Shown here piece by piece: positions 1 to 9,872 of a stretch of 64,000 bases of DNA. Source of the DNA: Gammaproteobacteria bacterium. GTDB taxonomy: Bacteria; Pseudomonadota; Gammaproteobacteria; JASBUN01. The notes beneath the pieces are model-generated. The model had not been told where the DNA came from, made no database searches, and saw nothing but the letters and a program-made list of their open reading frames with translations. The position numbers and the translations under genes were made by a program. The stretch is from NCBI GenBank assembly GCA_037385045.1, contig JARRNJ010000007.1, positions 7,717 through 71,716 on the forward strand. Direction: 5' to 3'. Positions within the stretch are counted from its first letter, which is position 1, and each line of letters begins with the position of its first letter.

Positions 1-219
1 AAGGATGTGGCACGCCGTGTGCCGCTCGAGCGCATGCTGGTGGAAACCGACTCCCCGTACCTGGCTCCGGTACCTCATCGGGGCAAGCCCAACGAACCGG
101 CCTGGGTGCGGCACGTGGCCGAATACATCGCCGAGCTGCGCGGCTTGACGCTGGAGGAACTCGCCGCTGCCACGTCCGAGAATTACTTCCGGCTCTTCGG
201 GCGGCCGCCGGCGGAGTAG
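1..219 (+). CDS. TatD-family metal-dependent hydrolase, C-terminal fragment (gene starts upstream of window)
   Basis: Frame open from base 1. Translation ..[42 protein letters not shown] fits the conserved TatD/YcfH C-terminus (ETDxPYL..RG..NEP). Stop TAG at 217-219. Confidence 0.8.
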   Translation, partial: KDVARRVPLERMLVETDSPYLAPVPHRGKPNEPAWVRHVAEYIAELRGLTLEELAAATSENYFRLFGRPPAE

Positions 220-340
220 TAGGGTGCGCCTGCCGTAGGCGGCGCACCGACTGCGCCTGGGCGCCCCGCGGAATGCGTGGGGTCGGTGCCGTATCAGGCA
301 GGCGGTGCGTTGCCGCCTTGCGGCGTCGAACGCACCCTAC
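219..340. repeat. REP-like nested inverted repeats between convergent genes
   Basis: 'gtagggtgcg' (219-228) is the exact reverse complement of 'cgcaccctac' (331-340). An inner 8-bp stem pairs ggtgcgcc (223-230) with ggcgcacc (241-248), and gcctgcc/ggcaggc also pair. The element sits between the tatD stop and the yciA stop. Confidence 0.5.
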
Positions 341-366
341 GGGTGATTGTCCGTTGGTGAAAAACC

Positions 367-759
367 CTAGGCCGGCACCGGCGTCGGTTTGCCCGACGCA
401 TCCACCGCGACGTAGGTCAGCACCGCCTCGGTGACCCGCACGACCCCGGCCTCGCCCCGGTCACGTTCGGCATACACCACGACGTCAACCGTCAGGGAGG
501 TTCGGCCCACCCGGACGACATCAGCGTAGAAGCTCACCACGTCGCCGACATAGACCGGTTCATGGAACTGAAACGAATTCACCGCCACGGTGACCACGCG
601 GCCCCGCACCCGCCGGTAGGCCTCGATGGCGCCGGCGATATCCACCTGGGACATGATCCAGCCGCCGAATATGTCGCCGCTGGCGTTGGTGTCACCGGGC
701 ATGGGCAGCAGCCGGGTGGTGGGTTGGCGGTCGGGAAGTCGGTCATTTACGTTGCTCAT
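367..759 (-). CDS. yciA: acyl-CoA thioesterase, YciA-like hotdog fold
   Basis: 130-aa translation MSNVNDRLPDRQPTTRLLPMPGDTNASGDIFGGWIMSQVDIAGAIEA..VTVAVNSFQFHEPVYVGDVV closely parallels E. coli YciA (LAMPADTNANGDIFGGWLMSQMD). ATG at 759; alternative in-frame ATGs lie at 771-777. Confidence 0.85.
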   Translation of the reverse strand: MSNVNDRLPDRQPTTRLLPMPGDTNASGDIFGGWIMSQVDIAGAIEAYRRVRGRVVTVAVNSFQFHEPVYVGDVVSFYADVVRVGRTSLTVDVVVYAERDRGEAGVVRVTEAVLTYVAVDASGKPTPVPA

Positions 760-884
760 AAGCCATCTCATCATCATGAACGCCCGCGCGCCATCCCTGC
801 AGGGGCGCCGGGCCGGGCGGTGATGCCACCGGGTTGCAGCCCGCCTATTGCACCAGCCAAAGCCCGGTTGGCGCAATAGGGGGG

Positions 885-2697
885 CTAGTGGCCGCTGTAT
901 AAGTCTTCGATCGCGGCGGCGTACTTGCGCAGAATCTGCGCCCGGCGCAGTTTCATGGTCGGGGTGAGCAGCCCGTTGTCCACGGTCCACGGTTCGGGGC
1001 ACACGGTGATGCGGTGTATCTTGGCGTAACCGGGAAACTGTCGCGGGAAACTGTCGCGTCAGTTGGGCCACGCGCGCCCCCACGATCTGTTCGCGGCGCA
1101 CAGGCGGTACGGCTTCGGGGCGGCGGCTGACGCCGTGCTGGCCGGCCACTGCGGCCCAAACCTCAGGATTGAGGACCACCAGCGCCACCAGGTACGGCCT
1201 GCCTTCGCCGGTCACCAGCACGTGGTCGAACAGCCGGTCGACGACGATAGCGCTTTCCATATCAACCGGGGACACCTTCTCGCCGTTGGACAGGACAATG
1301 ATCTCCTTCAGGCGGCCGGTGATATAGATGTGGTGGTCCTCGATCCGCACCCGGTCGCCGGTATGCAGCCAGCCTTCGGCATCGATGGCGGCGCCGGTGG
1401 CCTTCGGATCCTTCCAGTAGCCCAACATGACATTGGGTCCGCGTACCAGCAGTTCCTCATTGTCGGCCACTTTCACCTCGACGCCGGGCAGCGGTTCGCC
1501 GACGCTGGCCGGGTCGTTGTGTTCCTGGCGGTTGACGCTGATCACCGGGCTGCTTTCCGTGAGGCCGTAGCCCTGGACCATGGTAAGGCCGAGGCCGATG
1601 AACAGTCGGGCAATGGGCGTGGGCAACGCCGCGCCCCCGCATACTGCCAGGCGCAGGCGGCCGCCGAGGCGGGCGCGAACTTTTTTCCCCACCAGACGGT
1701 CGAGCAGCGGCTGCACGATGAAACCCGGCTGCCAGCCGATCTTTCCCTGCTGGTGGAGGAATCGCCGCCACCCCAATTCCACCGCCTGTTCGAACAGGCG
1801 CCGGGCGAGTGGCGGCTTGGCGGCCAGTTGTTCCTGGATACGTCCGTGGACGCGCTCGAAAATCCGCGGCACGGAAATCAGAACCGTCGGGCGTACGTGC
1901 ACGAGGTCCTCGCGCAGCTCGGCGATCGAGCGGGCGTAGGCGACGGTGGCGCCGCCCAGCATCGGTATGTAATACCCGGCGGTGCGTTCGAGGGTGTGCG
2001 ACAGGGGCAGAAAAGAAAGAAACAGGTCCTCCCGGTAGATGGTCATGCTCTGTACGCTGGCCCAACTGTTCCACACCATGTTGTGATGGCTGAGCATGAC
2101 GCCTTTGGGCCGACCCGTGGTGCCGGAGGTGTAGACGATGCTGGCCAGGTCCCCGGGCGCGGCGCGGTCGGGCGCGAGTTGGCAGGGTTCGCCTGGCAGC
2201 CACTCACCGACCCACCGCAACCGCGGGTCATGGGGTTCGCCTTCCATTTCCTCCAGGGTGAGGATGCGCTGCACCTGCCCCAGTTCATGGCGCACCCGGT
2301 AGAGCTGCGACCAGTGTTCGCCGCCCTCGATCAACAGCAGCTTGGCCCCGCTGTGTTGCAGGATATAGGCGGCGTTTTCCGCACGGTCCAAGGTGAAGAG
2401 CGGCACCACCACCAGGCCGAGGCTGAGCGCGGCCTGGTCGAACAGGACCCACTGCGGGCAGTTGCGCAGCATGATCGCAACCCGGTCCCCGGGCTGCAGG
2501 GCTTCGTTTTGCAGCGCCGTCTGCCAGCGTGCCACGCCGGCGGCCATTGCCGACCACGTGATGTCGCTCCAGGCGCCCGTGGCATTGTCGAAGTGACGGT
2601 AGCCGACCGCATCGGGAGTGCGCTCGACACGGGCGCGAAAGAGACCATGGAGGGTGCCGGCGGTGTCGGGATTGATGTAGTCCCTGGTCCAGGCCAT
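885..2697 (-). pseudogene. fadD: long-chain acyl-CoA synthetase (AMP-forming, FadD-like) interrupted by a +13 nt frameshift
   Basis: The N-terminal ~550 aa carry AMP-binding motifs (YTSGTTGRPKGVMLSH, GYGLTE, GWLHTGD, GRLKEIIVLSNGEKV). After ..AQLTRQFP the frame degenerates into an Arg/Pro-rich tail. The canonical tail FPGYAKIHRITVCPEPWTVDNGLLTPTMKLRRAQILRKYAAAIEDLYSGH* is in the adjacent frame, with its stop at 885-887. Deleting one 13-mer restores the frame. Confidence 0.85.
1031..1056 (-). repeat. perfect 13-bp tandem duplication (cgggaaactgtcg x2) causing the fadD frameshift
   Basis: Plus-strand positions 1031-1043 and 1044-1056 are identical. On the coding strand this reads cgacagtttcc-cgcgacagtttcc-cggttacgcc, i.e. 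R-Q-F-P then G-Y-A only if one copy is removed. Confidence 0.95.
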
Positions 2698-2712
2698 GGT
2701 GGCTGTGTCTGC

Positions 2713-4818
2713 CTACCCGCCGGCGGGCGCGGGTTCCCGGCTCCAACTGGGATCGGGTGCGAAGCGATCGCCGCAGCGGTGCTCCAACGCCAGCAGCCGC
2801 GAGCGTAGCGCCTGGACTCCGGTGGCGCGGGCGTAATGCAGCGGACCGCCCCGAAACGGAGCGAAGCCGGCGCCGAATACCACACCGGCGTCGAGCAGAT
2901 CGGCGTCTTCCACCACCTGCTCGCGCAGGCAGGCGGCGGCCTCATTGATCAGGCGCAGGATCAACCGTTCCTCCAGGTCGGGCGGGGCCCGGTAATCGCG
3001 CGCCGGTCGGCGCGACGACGGTTTGCCGCGGCGATAGTCGTAGAAGCCGCCGCCGCTCTTGAGTCCGAGGCGTCCGGCGCGGACAAGGGCGCGCAGCGAT
3101 TCCGGAACGCCGGTGCCGAGACGCTCGGCGAGGATTTCCGCCACCGACAGGCAAACATCCAGGCCAACCGTATCGGCCAGGGTCAACGGGCCCATGGGCA
3201 TACCGAATTGCACCGCCGCCTGGTCCACGAGCGCCGCCGGCACGCCTTCTTCGGCCAGCGTCACCGCCTCCAGCAGATAGGGCATGAGGATGCGGTTGAC
3301 GAGGAATCCCGGGGTGCTGCGCACCGGCAGCGGCAGGCGGTCGATCTGCCGCGCGAACGCCGCGGCCTGGCGCGCGGACTCCTGGGTCGTATTATTCCCC
3401 GCCACCACTTCCACCAGCTGCATTTTGTCCACCGGATTGAAAAAGTGCAGTCCCACCAGCCGTTCGGGCCGCAGCAGGCTTGCGCCCAGCTCCTCCAGGG
3501 GGATGCTGGAAGTGTTGGTGGCGATCAGGGCGGAACGCTTGATGCGTGGCTCCATGTCACGGAACAGCGCCTGTTTGGCGTCCAGGTCCTCGAAGATCGC
3601 TTCGATCAACACGTCCGCGCGGGCAATGCCGTCCCCCTTGGCGTCCGGTATCAGGCGGTCCATGGCCGCCTGCACCGAGCGCGGCCGGCGCAGCTTGCGG
3701 CGAAACAACGTGTGGGCCCGCCGTATCGCCGGGGCGATGTGCGCGGGGGTGCGGTCCTGCAGCGTCACTGTCAGCCCCCGTAAGGTGCACCATGCGGCAA
3801 TGTCGCCGCCCATGGCGCCCGCGCCGACCACGTGCACGTGCTGCGCTCGGAACTCTGCCTTGCGCCCCAGGCTCTTCAATCGCTCCTGGAGGAAGAACAC
3901 CCGCAGCAGATTCTGCGCCGTTTCGCCGGTGAGTAGCCGCGCCACGGACCGGGCTTCCTCGACCATCATTACATCGGGCTGCCCGGCGAAGTGCTGCCAC
4001 AGGTCGATCAGCGCGTAAGGAGCCGGGTAATGTTCGCGGGCGGCCCGTTTCGCCACCTGGCGGCGCAGCACCGCCGCCGCCACGGGGCGTAGCGGGCGCC
4101 ACCCGGGAAGTCGGCTGAACCATGCGGAGCGCTTCGGCGGCGGTTGGTGGTCGATCAGGCTGCGCGCTGCGCTGTCGAGCGAATGTTCGGGAACGGCATG
4201 ATCGACCAGTCCGATGCGTGCGGCTGCCCGCGCGTCGAGCGAGCGGCCGGTCAACATCATATCCATGGCGGTTGGCGCGCCCACCAGGCGAGGCAGCCGC
4301 ACGGTGCCGCCGAAGCCCGGATGGATGCCGAGCCGGACTTCGGGCAGTCCGATGCGCGTGGCCGCGTCATTGCAGGCCACCCGGTAGCGGCACGCCAGCG
4401 CCAGCTCGGTGCCGCCGCCCAGGCAGAAACCGTGAATGATGCTGACCGTGGGGAAGGGCAGTGCCGCCAGGCGGTCGAAGATGTTCTGTGCCAGCCGCAC
4501 CTGCTCGAAAGCCTTTTCCTCGTCGGCCAGATGCGTGAACTCGCGTACGTCGGCGCCGGCGATGAAGCCGTTGTGCTTGTCGGAGACGACTACCAATCCG
4601 GTGGGGGCATGGCGTTCAATCTGTTCAAGACAGTCGTTGAGTTCACGCAGAACCGGCGTCGACAGCACGTTGGTGCGGCCGTCCGCATGGTCGAAATGCA
4701 GCCAGCCGATGCCGTTGCGGTCCCAGCGGATTTTCCAGTGACGGGCCGCCGTGGTGGTTTCCTCGGCGGCCGGCGCCTGCGGATCGTTTTGGGTTGCATC
4801 GGTATCGGTCATTGGCAC
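2713..4818 (-). CDS. fadJ: fatty-acid oxidation complex alpha subunit (enoyl-CoA hydratase / 3-hydroxyacyl-CoA dehydrogenase), FadJ-like
   Basis: 701 aa. N-terminal crotonase fold (NGFIAGADVREF, GFCLGGGTELALAC) followed by a Rossmann 3-HCDH domain (VHVVGAGAMGGDIA). Lies directly downstream of the thiolase. Confidence 0.9.
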   Translation of the reverse strand: MPMTDTDATQNDPQAPAAEETTTAARHWKIRWDRNGIGWLHFDHADGRTNVLSTPVLRELNDCLEQIERHAPTGLVVVSDKHNGFIAGADVREFTHLADEEKAFEQVRLAQNIFDRLAALPFPTVSIIHGFCLGGGTELALACRYRVACNDAATRIGLPEVRLGIHPGFGGTVRLPRLVGAPTAMDMMLTGRSLDARAAARIGLVDHAVPEHSLDSAARSLIDHQPPPKRSAWFSRLPGWRPLRPVAAAVLRRQVAKRAAREHYPAPYALIDLWQHFAGQPDVMMVEEARSVARLLTGETAQNLLRVFFLQERLKSLGRKAEFRAQHVHVVGAGAMGGDIAAWCTLRGLTVTLQDRTPAHIAPAIRRAHTLFRRKLRRPRSVQAAMDRLIPDAKGDGIARADVLIEAIFEDLDAKQALFRDMEPRIKRSALIATNTSSIPLEELGASLLRPERLVGLHFFNPVDKMQLVEVVAGNNTTQESARQAAAFARQIDRLPLPVRSTPGFLVNRILMPYLLEAVTLAEEGVPAALVDQAAVQFGMPMGPLTLADTVGLDVCLSVAEILAERLGTGVPESLRALVRAGRLGLKSGGGFYDYRRGKPSSRRPARDYRAPPDLEERLILRLINEAAACLREQVVEDADLLDAGVVFGAGFAPFRGGPLHYARATGVQALRSRLLALEHRCGDRFAPDPSWSREPAPAGG

Positions 4819-4849
4819 AGGTTCCTCGCGCAGTTCGCCGTGACGGACT

Positions 4850-6154
4850 TCAGACCGTCTCCATCAACATAGCACCACCCTGGCCGCCGCCGATACACAG
4901 GCTGGCCACGCCGCGCTGGGCCGAGTTGCGGCGCAGCACGTGCAGAAGGTGAAGTACGATGCGAGCGCCGCTGGCGCCGACCGGGTGGCCGACACTGACG
5001 CCGCCACCGTCCACGTTGAGGCGTTGGCGGTCGAGTTCACCCATCGACTGCTTGAGGTGCAGGTGCCGGCGGCAGTAATCCTCGTCGTTCCAGGCCCGCA
5101 GGCAGGCCAGTACCTGGGCGGCAAAGGCTTCGTTGATTTCCCAGTAGTCAACGTCCTCAAGCTGAAGCTGCTGCCGCCGCAGCAGCGGCGTCATGGCATG
5201 CACCGGGCCCAAACCCATTTGCGCCGGGTCGACGGCCGCCCACTGGCTGTCGACGATGCGGCCCAATACCGGCAGTTGGTGTTCCTGGACGGCCTTTTCG
5301 CTGGCCAGCAACAGCCACGCCGCGCCGTCGGTGACCTGGGCGCTGTTACCAGCGGTGACCTGTCCGAACGGTCGTTCGAAGGCCGGCTTCAGCCGGTTCA
5401 ACTGCTGGACGTCGGTGTCACGGCGCAGTCCCGTATCGGCGTCGGTGACGTTGCCGCGCAGGTCGTAGACGGGTTCGATCTCCTCGAGCCACCCCCGGTC
5501 CTGCGCTTCGGCCAGCCGCCGATGGCTTTCGACGGCGAACTCGTCCATCTCGGCCCGGGTGACGTCGAAGCGATGAGCGAGCAGTTCAGCGGTCTGTCCC
5601 ATGGACAGGCCGACGAACGGATCGGTCAACCCGCGCAGCAGGGCGAGCACAGGTTTAAGGTACGCGGGCCGCAGGCGTGCGAGTGCCCGCACGCGTCCTC
5701 CCACACCGCGCGCCCGCGACCATCCCGCCAGCCAGCCGACCATGGCCCGGCTGAACAACACCGGCGCGTGGCTCATGGCCTCCGTGCCGCCGGCCAGCAC
5801 CAGGTCGCAGAGCCCGTTGGCGATGTCGTGGGCGGCGCTGTCGATCGCCTGCATCCCCGAGCCGCAATTGCGCTGCACCGTCCATCCGGGTACCGCATCA
5901 CCGCACCCGAGGCGCAAGCCAACCACGCGTCCGATGTTGGCCTCCTCCGGTCCGGGCATGACACAACCGAGCACCACCTCGTCGAGTGCATCCGCGGGGA
6001 AAGGCTGGCGTGCCAGCAGCGGCCGCGCCGCCCACACGGCCAGGTCCGCGGCCGAAAACGCACCCGGTGCGCCCCGGACTTTGAGAAACGGGGTGCGGGC
6101 GCCGTCGACCACGAACACCGGTTTTCCCGTATAGGCTTTCTTGCGATACCCCAT
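4850..6154 (-). CDS. fadI: 3-ketoacyl-CoA thiolase, FadI-like
   Basis: Thiolase motifs present (VQRNCGSGMQAI, GLSMGQTAE, NEAFAAQVLA, GGGVSVGHPVGASGARI, CIGGGQGGAM). ATG at 6154 is preceded by AAGGAG; the ORF-track start at 6181 is probably too long. Confidence 0.9.
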   Translation of the reverse strand: MGYRKKAYTGKPVFVVDGARTPFLKVRGAPGAFSAADLAVWAARPLLARQPFPADALDEVVLGCVMPGPEEANIGRVVGLRLGCGDAVPGWTVQRNCGSGMQAIDSAAHDIANGLCDLVLAGGTEAMSHAPVLFSRAMVGWLAGWSRARGVGGRVRALARLRPAYLKPVLALLRGLTDPFVGLSMGQTAELLAHRFDVTRAEMDEFAVESHRRLAEAQDRGWLEEIEPVYDLRGNVTDADTGLRRDTDVQQLNRLKPAFERPFGQVTAGNSAQVTDGAAWLLLASEKAVQEHQLPVLGRIVDSQWAAVDPAQMGLGPVHAMTPLLRRQQLQLEDVDYWEINEAFAAQVLACLRAWNDEDYCRRHLHLKQSMGELDRQRLNVDGGGVSVGHPVGASGARIVLHLLHVLRRNSAQRGVASLCIGGGQGGAMLMETV

Positions 6155-6164
6155 GCGCGCTCCT

Positions 6165-8696
6165 TTAAAGTTGCCCGGCACCGCGGACCGGTTGCGCCGC
6201 TGCCGACTGGACCGCGGCCGGGTCCGCGATCGGCTCGCTTTTCAGGGGCGCTGCCGATTCGGGCCCGGCGGCGCCGTTCCCATGCAACGAGGGCACGAAG
6301 TCATCCACCGCCGTTACAACGGTGCGTGCGGCGCGGGCCGCGCGCACCAATGCCGCTTCGTCGGCGCTGATCACGGAGTCCTGCAGCGCTTGTTCCAACA
6401 GATCACCGTGGTCCTGCAGGCGCCCGTCGCGCATGGCGTTGCGCAGCGTTTGTTCAACCGGTTCGGCGGCCACCACTTTCGACAGCGCATCGTCGAGCCG
6501 TGCCAGCGCTTCGCGGCCCGCCTGCGGCAGGAAGATGCCCTGCGTGAGCCGGTCACGGACCGCGCCCGGTTCCAGCAGCAGCACCGCCACTTGATGACCC
6601 AGTTGATCCGAGGGCGGGCGACAGTGCGCTCCCAATGGAAATGCGAGTGCCCGCAGCAGCCACGCCAGCCACCGGTTGGGATAGTTGCGCAGCAGCGCCG
6701 TGCAGGCGGTCTGGATCTCGTACAGTGCCTGCTGGCAGCTCCAATGTAACAGGGGCAGGTCTTCGGCCGGCGACTGCTGGTCGTGGAAACGCTTCAGGCA
6801 CGCCGAACCGATGTACAGGTTGCTGAACATATCCGCCAGGCGGCCGGACAGCTTCTCCCGGCGTTTCAGGGCACCGCCCAGCGTCAACATGGAAATGTCC
6901 GCGACCAGCGCGAACACCGCGCTCATGCGGGTCAGTTGCCGATAATAGCGCGCCGCCGGGCCGCGCACCGGGGAGCGTGCCAGGCGTGCGCCGGTCAGGC
7001 CCAGGAACAGGCTGCGTGCCAAGTTGCTGAGGGTGAAACCCATGTGCCCGAACAAGGCCCGGTCGAAGCGTTTCAGCGCCGCGTCGGGATTGGGGTCGAG
7101 CGCCGCGCTGATTTCCTCAAGCGCATACGGGTGGCAGCGCAGAGCGCCTTGGCCGAACACGATCAGGCTGCGGGTGAGGATATTGGCGCCTTCGACGGTA
7201 ATGCTGATGGGTATGGCCTGATACGCCCGGGCGAGCAGGTTGTGGGGACCCATGCAGATCCCGACGCCTCCATGCACGTCCATTGCGTCGTTGATCACGC
7301 GGCGCATGCGTTCGGTGAGGTTGTACTTGGCGATCGCCGAAACCACCGCCGGGTGCTCGCCGAGATCAACGCCGGTGGTGGTCAGGTTGCGTACCGCATC
7401 CATCTGGTAGGTATAACCGCCGATGCGTGCCAGCGCCTCCTCGACGCCCTCGAACCGGCCGATGGGGAGCTTGAACTGCTGGCGGACGCGGGCGTAGGCA
7501 CCGCTGGCGCGGGAGGCGAGTTTCCCCGCTCCGGTGCTCAACGCCGGAAGGGAAATGGAACGTCCCGCGGCCAGGCACTCCATCAACATCTGCCAGCCTT
7601 GGCCGACGCGTTCGCGCCCACCGATAACCCGGTCCATCGGGATGAACACGTCCTTGCCCCGGTTGGGTCCGTTCTGAAACGGAATGTTGAGCGGCAGATG
7701 GCGCCGGCCGATGTCGATACCCGGCGTGTCGGTGGGAATCAGCGCCAGGGTGATGCCCAGCGCGTCCCGGTCGCCGATGAGGTGCTCCGGGTCATGGAGC
7801 TTGAATGCCAGGCCGAGGACGGTGGCCACCGGCCCCAGCGTGATGTAGCGCTTGCTCCAGTTCAAGCGAATGCCCAGCACGTTCCGGCGCCCATGGACGT
7901 CCTGCCGGCAAACCACGCCGGTATCGGGAATGGCGGCGGCATCGCTGCCGGCCTCGGGTCCGGTGAGGGCGAAACAGGGAACCTCGTCGCCGCGGGCCAG
8001 CCGCGGCAGGTAATGGTCTTTCTGGGCGTCGGTGCCGTAACGCAGCAGCAGCTCCGCCGGTCCGAGCGAGTTGGGCACCATCAGCGTGACCGCCGCGGTG
8101 ACGCTGCGGCTGGCCACCTTCATCACCACGCACGAGTGCGCATGAGCCGAGAACTCCAGGCCGCCGTAGCGTCGGGGAATGATCATGCCGAAGAAGCCGC
8201 GCTCCTTGATGAAGTGCCATACCGCCGGCGGCAGGTCCTGGCGCTCGTGGGTGATGTCCCAATCGTCGAGCATGGCGCAAAGCTGTTCCACCGGGCCGTC
8301 GAGAAACGCCTGTTCGTCGCTGCGCAGCTGTGGTTGGGGGAATTGCAGCAGCATGTTCCAGGGCGGCATGCCGCGGAACAGATTGCCGTCCCACCACACG
8401 GTGCCGGCGCGCAGCGCTTCCTGTTCGGTGCGGGAAATGGCCGGCATGTGTACGCGGAACGCCTGCAGCACCGGCCGGCTCAGCCGGCGGCGCAGCGGAC
8501 GCACGGTCAGCGGAATGAATACGGCGGCGAGGAGCAGCGCGACGACGCCCTGCGCCCAGGAAAACGCCGGCGACACCACCACCCAGCCGCCCCAGGCGGC
8601 CGGCGCCAGCACCGTCCACAGCCACAAGGGGGCGCGAAAGTAGAGCAACAGCCAAGCGAACGCGGCGATGACAACGAGGGTGCTGAACGTCACCAT
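6165..8696 (-). CDS. fadE: large membrane-anchored acyl-CoA dehydrogenase, FadE-like
   Basis: About 843 aa from MVTFSTLVVIAAFAWLLLYF (N-terminal TM segments), followed by acyl-CoA dehydrogenase domains (FALTGPEAGSDA, GRSISLPA). ATG at 8696 has the RBS GAGGGAGAA upstream. Confidence 0.9.
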   Translation of the reverse strand: MVTFSTLVVIAAFAWLLLYFRAPLWLWTVLAPAAWGGWVVVSPAFSWAQGVVALLLAAVFIPLTVRPLRRRLSRPVLQAFRVHMPAISRTEQEALRAGTVWWDGNLFRGMPPWNMLLQFPQPQLRSDEQAFLDGPVEQLCAMLDDWDITHERQDLPPAVWHFIKERGFFGMIIPRRYGGLEFSAHAHSCVVMKVASRSVTAAVTLMVPNSLGPAELLLRYGTDAQKDHYLPRLARGDEVPCFALTGPEAGSDAAAIPDTGVVCRQDVHGRRNVLGIRLNWSKRYITLGPVATVLGLAFKLHDPEHLIGDRDALGITLALIPTDTPGIDIGRRHLPLNIPFQNGPNRGKDVFIPMDRVIGGRERVGQGWQMLMECLAAGRSISLPALSTGAGKLASRASGAYARVRQQFKLPIGRFEGVEEALARIGGYTYQMDAVRNLTTTGVDLGEHPAVVSAIAKYNLTERMRRVINDAMDVHGGVGICMGPHNLLARAYQAIPISITVEGANILTRSLIVFGQGALRCHPYALEEISAALDPNPDAALKRFDRALFGHMGFTLSNLARSLFLGLTGARLARSPVRGPAARYYRQLTRMSAVFALVADISMLTLGGALKRREKLSGRLADMFSNLYIGSACLKRFHDQQSPAEDLPLLHWSCQQALYEIQTACTALLRNYPNRWLAWLLRALAFPLGAHCRPPSDQLGHQVAVLLLEPGAVRDRLTQGIFLPQAGREALARLDDALSKVVAAEPVEQTLRNAMRDGRLQDHGDLLEQALQDSVISADEAALVRAARAARTVVTAVDDFVPSLHGNGAAGPESAAPLKSEPIADPAAVQSAAAQPVRGAGQL

Positions 8697-8709
8697 TTCT
8701 CCCTCACTT

Positions 8710-9657
8710 TCAGGCGCGTTTGGCGTGTGTCTTCCTGCTGAGGACCTCCTTGAGAAGCCCCACGCCGTGACGCGCATCTTCGGACTCGGATGGCATCGGA
8801 TCGGCGTCGTCGGGTGGAGACACTTGCGCCTGCACCTGCATCAGAATTTCCGCCGGCAGTCGGCCGGAATCATCTTCTCCCACCGGCTGTTCCCACGGGA
8901 ACGTGCGGTATATGGCCATGTCCTCGAATCCAAGGTACGGGTGCTTGATGATGTCGAAGTAGGGCGAATAGTCGAAATCCTTGGGCGTGAACAGGCGCAC
9001 GTTGCGCTTGTACAGGCGCAGCGCGCCGTCGTCGGACCGGTGGACCACGGGGATGATGGGGTATTGCACCGAGGAAAATGCCGCCGCGATCATGGATGAG
9101 CAGACGGTGCGAGTAGGTTGCCCGGCGTTGTGGGCGAACAAGGTGGAGCGCCAGCGCCGCGGCAAGACACCGTAGGGAAACATGAACCGTGCCAGGTCCA
9201 GCAGTTGGCGCAGGTCGTAGTCGCAGCCCAGATGCCGGGTCGTGTAGGCGATGACCTCCGAGACGTCGGGCCGCGACAACCCCTTGGGGCGACAGATGCG
9301 CAGGTGCTCCCGCGCGTACTTGTGCAGGGGGGTGACGATGGTGCCTTCGCCGAGGAGTGCCTCGATCACCAGTTGCTCGTGGGGATCACCCTGGTGGAAC
9401 TGCTCGATATGGCGGCGCACGTCGGGATCGTCGATCTCGGCCAGGCGGCCGATATACAGCGCGGAGTGGGTCCAGGGGCTCTGGGTGATGGTCTTGATGA
9501 CATCACTGACGCGGCTGCGGCCCTCGATCAGGACCACGTCGCAGGGCCGAATCTCGAAGCGCAGGCGCTGGAAGTCACATAACGGGCTGCCACTGACGTC
9601 GCGTTCCTTGGTCAGCCATTGGATGAATCGTGTGCCAATCCATGCCCTGAGACCCAT
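8710..9657 (-). CDS. YiiX-like permuted papain-fold (NlpC/P60 superfamily) protein, function unknown
   Basis: 315 aa. Motifs ..DVVLIEGRSRVSDVIKTITQSPWTHSALYIG.. and ..TVCSSMIAAAF.. resemble the YiiX/'lipo-like' family. First gene of the fad operon. Confidence 0.55.
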   Translation of the reverse strand: MGLRAWIGTRFIQWLTKERDVSGSPLCDFQRLRFEIRPCDVVLIEGRSRVSDVIKTITQSPWTHSALYIGRLAEIDDPDVRRHIEQFHQGDPHEQLVIEALLGEGTIVTPLHKYAREHLRICRPKGLSRPDVSEVIAYTTRHLGCDYDLRQLLDLARFMFPYGVLPRRWRSTLFAHNAGQPTRTVCSSMIAAAFSSVQYPIIPVVHRSDDGALRLYKRNVRLFTPKDFDYSPYFDIIKHPYLGFEDMAIYRTFPWEQPVGEDDSGRLPAEILMQVQAQVSPPDDADPMPSESEDARHGVGLLKEVLSRKTHAKRA

Positions 9658-9872
9658 TGCATGCTCCTTCTCGGGCGGGGGGATCGAGAAAACCGGCGGC
9701 CGGGTTCTTTGCTGCGTTCAGACTTCCGTTATGACCGTTGTGTCGCCCCCTTGGTCCGCGCGTGACGCGACCGCCACGCGCGCGCAAAAACCTTGCCCTA
9801 CACTCAACTATAGATAGCCGCGCGAAGAAAGGAAAGGCGGGCGCCAATACAAGGCCGCCGGAAAGGCGTGGT

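Noticed and set aside
367-2697. 776-aa ORF as a genuine bifunctional acyl-CoA synthetase-thioesterase fusion
   Set aside because: The about 95-residue 'linker' is Arg/Pro-rich and looks like out-of-frame translation. It begins exactly at a 13-bp tandem duplication. The adjacent frame encodes a canonical FadD C-terminus with its own stop at 885.
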